Shown in pieces: positions 58,969-64,000 of a DNA stretch of 64,000 nt. Where the stretch lies: contig JBHORG010000003.1 of assembly GCA_042565955.1 (NCBI GenBank), positions 33,328-97,327 of the forward strand, written 5' to 3'. The notes under the pieces are model-generated. The model did not search any database. It was given only the letters and a program-made list of their open reading frames with translations, and was not told the origin of the DNA. The stretch is from Thermoproteota archaeon (GTDB taxonomy: Archaea > Thermoproteota > Bathyarchaeia > Bathyarchaeales > Bathyarchaeaceae). Each line of letters begins with the position of its first letter. The stretch's first letter is position 1. The position numbers and the translations under genes were made by a program.

Positions 58969-61245
58969 TCATTTTACTACTTGAAAAATGGCAACGTTTC
59001 CGCTGTTGAATACGAACCGAAAATTGGGATCTTCAGAGAACTTCAAATAGGCTTCTTGGTTTCTGCAAACCACAAATGAAACTTTATATTTTTCAATCAT
59101 TTCTTTGTAATCCCAGAAAAATAATGGCCCGTCAGTTTCTGTTTTTTGGGGATTTGTTAGGAATTCAATATATGTGTGTTCTATGTCTTCCGACCCGTTT
59201 AGGTCTTGGGCGTCAAACACCCCAATCAACATTTTGATATTTTGAGTTCTCTTTCTTGGATCTCCAAAAAGCATCTCGACTCTTTCTGGTTTCGTTTCGT
59301 TCTTAATATATCCGGGGAGATCTTTTGGAAAGATTACCTGCCCACACAATTTATTCCTCCAATAGTAAACTCCTAAATACGAATTCGACTCACCATGTTT
59401 AATGATACCTTCTATTTCTCTAACAAATATTGGAAAATAGATGTTGTAGAGGTTAATTTGAGAATTCTTGACCTCTATATCATACGACAGTTCAGCAAAT
59501 CTTACTCCCCGTTTTATCACCAATGTTCTATTAACCCTGAACAATTCATCTTCATATTGTACCAAAAATGTGGCAGAATTTTCATTATTAATTATCGTAG
59601 GTGTTCCAACCCTTTCCATTTCTGCAATTTTTCTGGTTCCATTAATTTCAGTTCCCTGAGTGGATATTAGATACCAAAATTCAATCCACTCTTCTTGTAT
59701 ATTAAATATTGAAAAGGATTCCCCATCCCCCAGTTCTATTCTAAATTCTATGCCTTTATCCGAAACATTTCCGTAATTCTCTCCAACTGAAATTAAGTTA
59801 TTATCAAAATAGTACAAGAAGTTTTTTTCAAGAATAACCTGTGCTGCTCGGGCAACTTCCAGTTCGTGGGAATATATTAGAAATTCTAAGCCCGCAGCGC
59901 TCATGGTTGGTCTTTCGCCGATTCCTCCAAGCCACCATCCATAGGTGTGTTCTGCTACTAGAACAGACTCTTCTGGGGTATTGTTTCTGATCCATTCGAG
60001 TGTTGCGTTTTCTGGCTCATACATTGTTGTGTAGAAGTTTGCTCTTTGTAAAGCATCGTTTGGAAAGATTGACCCTATCGAAAGGATGATGAAAATGAAT
60101 ATACTTGCAGAAAATGTTGTTATTGGGAGAGTTTTTTTGATGCGGTTCCACTTGATTCTTGGGACTTTCTTGATAGCTATTGCAGTGTATCGGAAAATGT
60201 AGAGTAGCCCTGCTGAGATTATTATGATTAGTGGGAAATCGAAAAAATACATGAATCTTGAATAGTCAATGATTACTCCAAACAGGTAAGCCTGAGTCAT
60301 AACTATTGGAACAAGAAACCACGCAATCAAAAGAAGGCTCTGGCTGTCAAACATTTTTTTTCTTGATGCTTTAAACATAAACAATGCTGGAATAACAACA
60401 ATCACTAACAGTAAAATTGCATTATCAACAGTGCGGTTTGCAAGTATGATGTTTCGGTTATCAAGTCCTCCCGTTGCTGCCCCTTCAGATGATGCACCAA
60501 TATAGAAACTAAAGACCCTAAGTATCCATGGCGACGCAGTTACTACACCTGCACATACAGAAACCACAAAAAAACGAAGCAGACTCTTTATTTGCATGTC
60601 TTCTTTTTTCTTCCATTTTCCTATCAGCAACAAAACAAGGTAGAATCCCAAGATTGGAAAAACAACAAACAAACTAAATGTATGGGTTATAATTAGACTC
60701 CCAAAAAGAAGTGCCCCTACAAGTAAGTGACTAAGTTTTGGTTTGTTTGCATATTTGAAGAACAGATAAAAAATTGTTACGATTAGCGAAAGGGATACAA
60801 TGTTTGTGTATCCACCCCAGCTTATCATCTCAATACTTAACATTGAAACTGTTGCAAAAAATGCTGCAAGTAAACCTGCATTGCTGTTATTCCAGATTTT
60901 CTTTGAGACAAGATATGCGAGAAATACTATGACTGAGCTGTAGAATGCAGCTGTGATTAGTTCTGCAAGTATCAGATCCATTCCGCTAAGGAGTATTAAG
61001 GTGGTTACGAAAAAGTGGAATCCTGGTGGTGTTGCGAGTGTTTCACCTCCCATGTGATACGGGTTCCAGTTTGGTAATTCTCCTTTTTCGAGCATGAGGT
61101 TTATAATGCTGCCGTGAAAGCCAATGTCAGAACTTGGGGGATAGGGATTATGAAAGATAACTGCTGCTCTAAACAAGAAAGAAAAAGCGAATATTACCAA
61201 AAGCAGCACGGTTTTCTTATCTCTCGTTGTAAACCACCATCCCAA
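58969..61245 (-). CDS. GT-C-like integral membrane glycosyltransferase, paralog C
   Basis: PPSSDIGFH loop, SIEMISWGGYTN motif and YGWWLGGIGERP after the last TM. Confidence 0.55.
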   Translation of the reverse strand: MGWWFTTRDKKTVLLLVIFAFSFLFRAAVIFHNPYPPSSDIGFHGSIINLMLEKGELPNWNPYHMGGETLATPPGFHFFVTTLILLSGMDLILAELITAAFYSSVIVFLAYLVSKKIWNNSNAGLLAAFFATVSMLSIEMISWGGYTNIVSLSLIVTIFYLFFKYANKPKLSHLLVGALLFGSLIITHTFSLFVVFPILGFYLVLLLIGKWKKKEDMQIKSLLRFFVVSVCAGVVTASPWILRVFSFYIGASSEGAATGGLDNRNIILANRTVDNAILLLVIVVIPALFMFKASRKKMFDSQSLLLIAWFLVPIVMTQAYLFGVIIDYSRFMYFFDFPLIIIISAGLLYIFRYTAIAIKKVPRIKWNRIKKTLPITTFSASIFIFIILSIGSIFPNDALQRANFYTTMYEPENATLEWIRNNTPEESVLVAEHTYGWWLGGIGERPTMSAAGLEFLIYSHELEVARAAQVILEKNFLYYFDNNLISVGENYGNVSDKGIEFRIELGDGESFSIFNIQEEWIEFWYLISTQGTEINGTRKIAEMERVGTPTIINNENSATFLVQYEDELFRVNRTLVIKRGVRFAELSYDIEVKNSQINLYNIYFPIFVREIEGIIKHGESNSYLGVYYWRNKLCGQVIFPKDLPGYIKNETKPERVEMLFGDPRKRTQNIKMLIGVFDAQDLNGSEDIEHTYIEFLTNPQKTETDGPLFFWDYKEMIEKYKVSFVVCRNQEAYLKFSEDPNFRFVFNSGNVAIFQVVK

Positions 61246-61526
61246 TAAATACGACTACCCTTTTCTTGTTGAATACAATTTATTGCTTTCCTAAGAACAT
61301 AAACCCGTTTCAATATGCATATTACGCGGTTATTAATACTGCATTATTGAAAATAACATTTTTTCTGAAGAACTCTTTTCCATTCTTATTACACTCAAAA
61401 TTAGTAATACCGAATATAGGTAGATCGTTTATTGTTATCAAATTTGTTCTTTACGGGACCAAACCTATACCCAAGGTCAAGGTTTCTTTAGAAAAACACG
61501 TTTAAGGAAGCATCATAAAACATATT

Positions 61527-62759
61527 TTGGGGAAATTAATGCGTTATAAAAGGCTATTTCTTCTAATCATATTAATTTCTGTTTTACTTAGTTTTTTTTT
61601 ACTTTATTTGGTTGGAGTATTCTTAGAAAATGGGATCCAAACAAATAGAGACACAAGTATGGATGCCGCTGGTTCGGTGATTGAAACGTCTGATGGAGGA
61701 TACGCCATAGCTGGTCTTACACAAACCGTAGGTACTGAAGATGGTGATTTTTGGTTGATCAAAACTGACAAAGATGGAAATGAAGAATGGAACCGGACAT
61801 ATGGAGGAGAAAAGTTTGAAACAGCCCATTCATTGGTTGAGACATCAGATGGAGGATATGCCTTAGCTGGAGATACACAATCCTTTGGTGCTGGAGATAG
61901 TGATTATTGGTTAGTCAAAACTGACGAAAATGGAAATGAAGAATGGAACCAGACATATGATAAAGGAGCCGATGAGAGAGCTCGTTCGTTGGTTGAGGCA
62001 TCTGATGGCGGATACGTATTAGCTGGTGATATAAGTTATTCCAGTGTTGATCTTGATTATGGATGGTATGAAGCTTGGCTGGTTAAGACTGATGAAAATG
62101 GGAATATGGAATGGGATCGGACATACGGAAGAGAAGGTTTTGATGGTGCTTACGGGTTGGTTGAGGCCTCCGATGGAGGATATGTCTTAGCGGGCTTCAC
62201 ACAAATGATTTGGGGTGATGGATGGAATAATTTTTGGTTAGTAAAGACTGACCCAAACGGGAATTCGGATTGGAGCAAAACATATGGAGGAGATAGACCT
62301 CAAAATGCATACGGGTTGGTTGAAGCGTCTGATGGAGGATATGTCTTGGTTGGTTTCACAGACTTTTCTGATGCTGAACGGTCAGCTTTTTGGTTGGTTA
62401 AGACTGACAAAGATGGTGATATGGTGTGGAACCAGACATTCAGAGGAAATTATGATTATGCTTGGGATTTGGTAGAGGTGCCTGATGGAGGATATGCCTT
62501 AGTTGGACGTACAGACTATGTTGACCCCGAAGGTTATGATGTTGTGTTGATTAAGACCAACCAAAATGGAAATGTGGAATGGACAAAGACATACGGGGTA
62601 AGTGAAATGTCTGAAGAGGCTTATTCGTTGGTTTTGACATCTGATGGAGGCTTCATTATGGCAGGATATACATGTTCTTCGGGTTATGAATACCCCGATT
62701 TTTGGTTGACTAAAACTGATGCAAATGGAAATATGCAGTGGAACAGGATATATGGGTAA
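61527..62759 (+). CDS. membrane-anchored seven-repeat (propeller-like) protein
   Basis: N-terminal TM followed by seven ~50-aa repeats SLVEtSDGGYaLAG-T-s-g----D-WLVKTD-NGN-eWn-TYG. Confidence 0.7.
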   Translation: MGKLMRYKRLFLLIILISVLLSFFLLYLVGVFLENGIQTNRDTSMDAAGSVIETSDGGYAIAGLTQTVGTEDGDFWLIKTDKDGNEEWNRTYGGEKFETAHSLVETSDGGYALAGDTQSFGAGDSDYWLVKTDENGNEEWNQTYDKGADERARSLVEASDGGYVLAGDISYSSVDLDYGWYEAWLVKTDENGNMEWDRTYGREGFDGAYGLVEASDGGYVLAGFTQMIWGDGWNNFWLVKTDPNGNSDWSKTYGGDRPQNAYGLVEASDGGYVLVGFTDFSDAERSAFWLVKTDKDGDMVWNQTFRGNYDYAWDLVEVPDGGYALVGRTDYVDPEGYDVVLIKTNQNGNVEWTKTYGVSEMSEEAYSLVLTSDGGFIMAGYTCSSGYEYPDFWLTKTDANGNMQWNRIYG

Positions 62760-62969
62760 ACAAGCAGTAATACTGCTAAATCGTTGGTTTAGACGAGTAG
62801 AGAATGAAGAGACTTGGGTTGCCTTTTTGAATAGCTTGTCTGAAAAGCAAAATCGCCGTGAATAGGTATTGTTATTTCAATTTAGAACAAAAAACTCCAC
62901 CAAAACGTTATAAACCTCAGATTCAAACATCAATTTTGCCTTGAAACCAAACGGTTAGGGAAAATAAAA

Positions 62970-63830
62970 GTGAATAAAAATTCTATAAAAGAAAATTTGT
63001 GGAAAATCGGCGCACTAATAATCATCCTTGGCGGTTCCCTTCTCGGCTTGTTTATGTTGAGCAATGAAGGATATTATTTCTTTAATTTTCAGCACCTTTA
63101 CACGGGGGGCTTTCTCATTATGGGATTTATTTTTTTGTTTTTCGGTTTTATATTAACTATAATCTGTTTAGATCAATATGAAGAATCAGAGATTAAACAG
63201 GATAACACGACCAAAATAAGAGTAGTGTTAACCGTGGTAACTATTCTTCACTTGATTTTAATTGGATACTTGATGTCAATCGATCATGAATGGACAGTTT
63301 TACCATTAATTACAGACGATCAATCATTCGCTTTCTATTATGGATTCAGTATTTCGAGTAATGGCGTATTCTTTGTATCTCTGTTTTTATTCGGTATTTT
63401 TGTTCTTCCTTTCATTTTTGCCGAAACAGGATTTTTGGATGATTCTCCTAATGAACAAGTCCATAATTTAGAGGAGGAAAGTTACACAATTGAAGAAACC
63501 GAAGAGAGTTTTGATCGATTTGTCGCGTTTCTAAAAAATCGATTTGTTCCATTAAAGAGAATAAAAAAATTCAAGAATTATACCCTTCAAATCAAGAATT
63601 ATACATTACCCCTTGCGATAACTTTTACAATCCTAGGAAGCTTTTTAGTAATATTACCATCCTTTATTTTTATTGACGGACCACGGGTTAGGATCCATGA
63701 AACAGGAAAATTTTTCACTAAATACTATAGGGGGTTCCTTCGCGGTCAACTCCTATTTATTGGAATATTATTGATAGTAGGTTTTACGTTGATTATTCAT
63801 TATATTCGTCGTCGACACTCAGAAAATTAA
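62970..63830 (+). CDS. multi-pass membrane protein, function unknown
   Basis: About 6 TM segments, an acidic linker and a GTG start. Confidence 0.5.
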   Translation: MNKNSIKENLWKIGALIIILGGSLLGLFMLSNEGYYFFNFQHLYTGGFLIMGFIFLFFGFILTIICLDQYEESEIKQDNTTKIRVVLTVVTILHLILIGYLMSIDHEWTVLPLITDDQSFAFYYGFSISSNGVFFVSLFLFGIFVLPFIFAETGFLDDSPNEQVHNLEEESYTIEETEESFDRFVAFLKNRFVPLKRIKKFKNYTLQIKNYTLPLAITFTILGSFLVILPSFIFIDGPRVRIHETGKFFTKYYRGFLRGQLLFIGILLIVGFTLIIHYIRRRHSEN

Positions 63831-64000
63831 GAATTATTATGCGCACATTATGAGAATGTACCAGGAAATTAAGAAGAATCTAAGATGAGGTAAACCTAAG
63901 TGATAATATAAACTTCCATCTTTTTTCTAGAGTTAAATTGTACCCCCCAAACCCACAACGTTTTCAACAAATCCAAATGAAGGCTACAGGAACTGTGAAA

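Noticed and set aside
63560-63625. Short internal duplication CAAGAATTATAC (KNYTL-KNYTL) in the last membrane protein gene
   Set aside because: It is a single small tandem duplication within coding sequence, with no further structure.

Overview
AT-rich archaeal chromosome segment. Archaeal markers include Pth2, archaeal-type AspRS, TruD, ribosomal protein L40e, Dph5/Dph6, CTP-dependent RibK plus RibL, archease, geranylgeranyl reductase and intron-containing tRNAs. The lineage cannot be assigned from sequence alone. Most of the window is housekeeping and envelope genes: translation and tRNA modification, riboflavin/FAD, a B12/iron-type ABC importer, a cluster of three paralogous GT-C-like membrane glycosyltransferases with a GT4 enzyme, and large beta-propeller surface proteins. 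Seven tRNA genes are present; six carry introns, five of them at non-canonical positions. The outstanding region is 15340-20230. It is a ~4.9 kb element integrated into the 3' part of tRNA-Phe and flanked by a 34-bp direct repeat. Its tyrosine recombinase gene appears to be split by the att site (SSV-type) and is now inactivated by a nonsense codon and a frameshift. The cargo of this element is organised as 0.27-0.87 kb single-gene modules. Each module is bounded by a same-orientation copy of the last ~30-90 nt of an integrase gene (core TTGAAGGAAATCTATGAAAAAGCAAACYTG, seven copies including the integrase's own end). This is an integron-like cassette layout that I cannot match to a described system. 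One module also contains a strictly 31-bp-periodic degenerate tandem repeat. Other items worth a second look are an SD-sequestering pseudoknot candidate upstream of a QueT-like transporter, an ABC ATPase with an unexplained C-terminal domain, and a frameshifted fragment of a substrate-binding protein gene. All calls come from reading the sequence and the ORF translations by eye; no searches were run.
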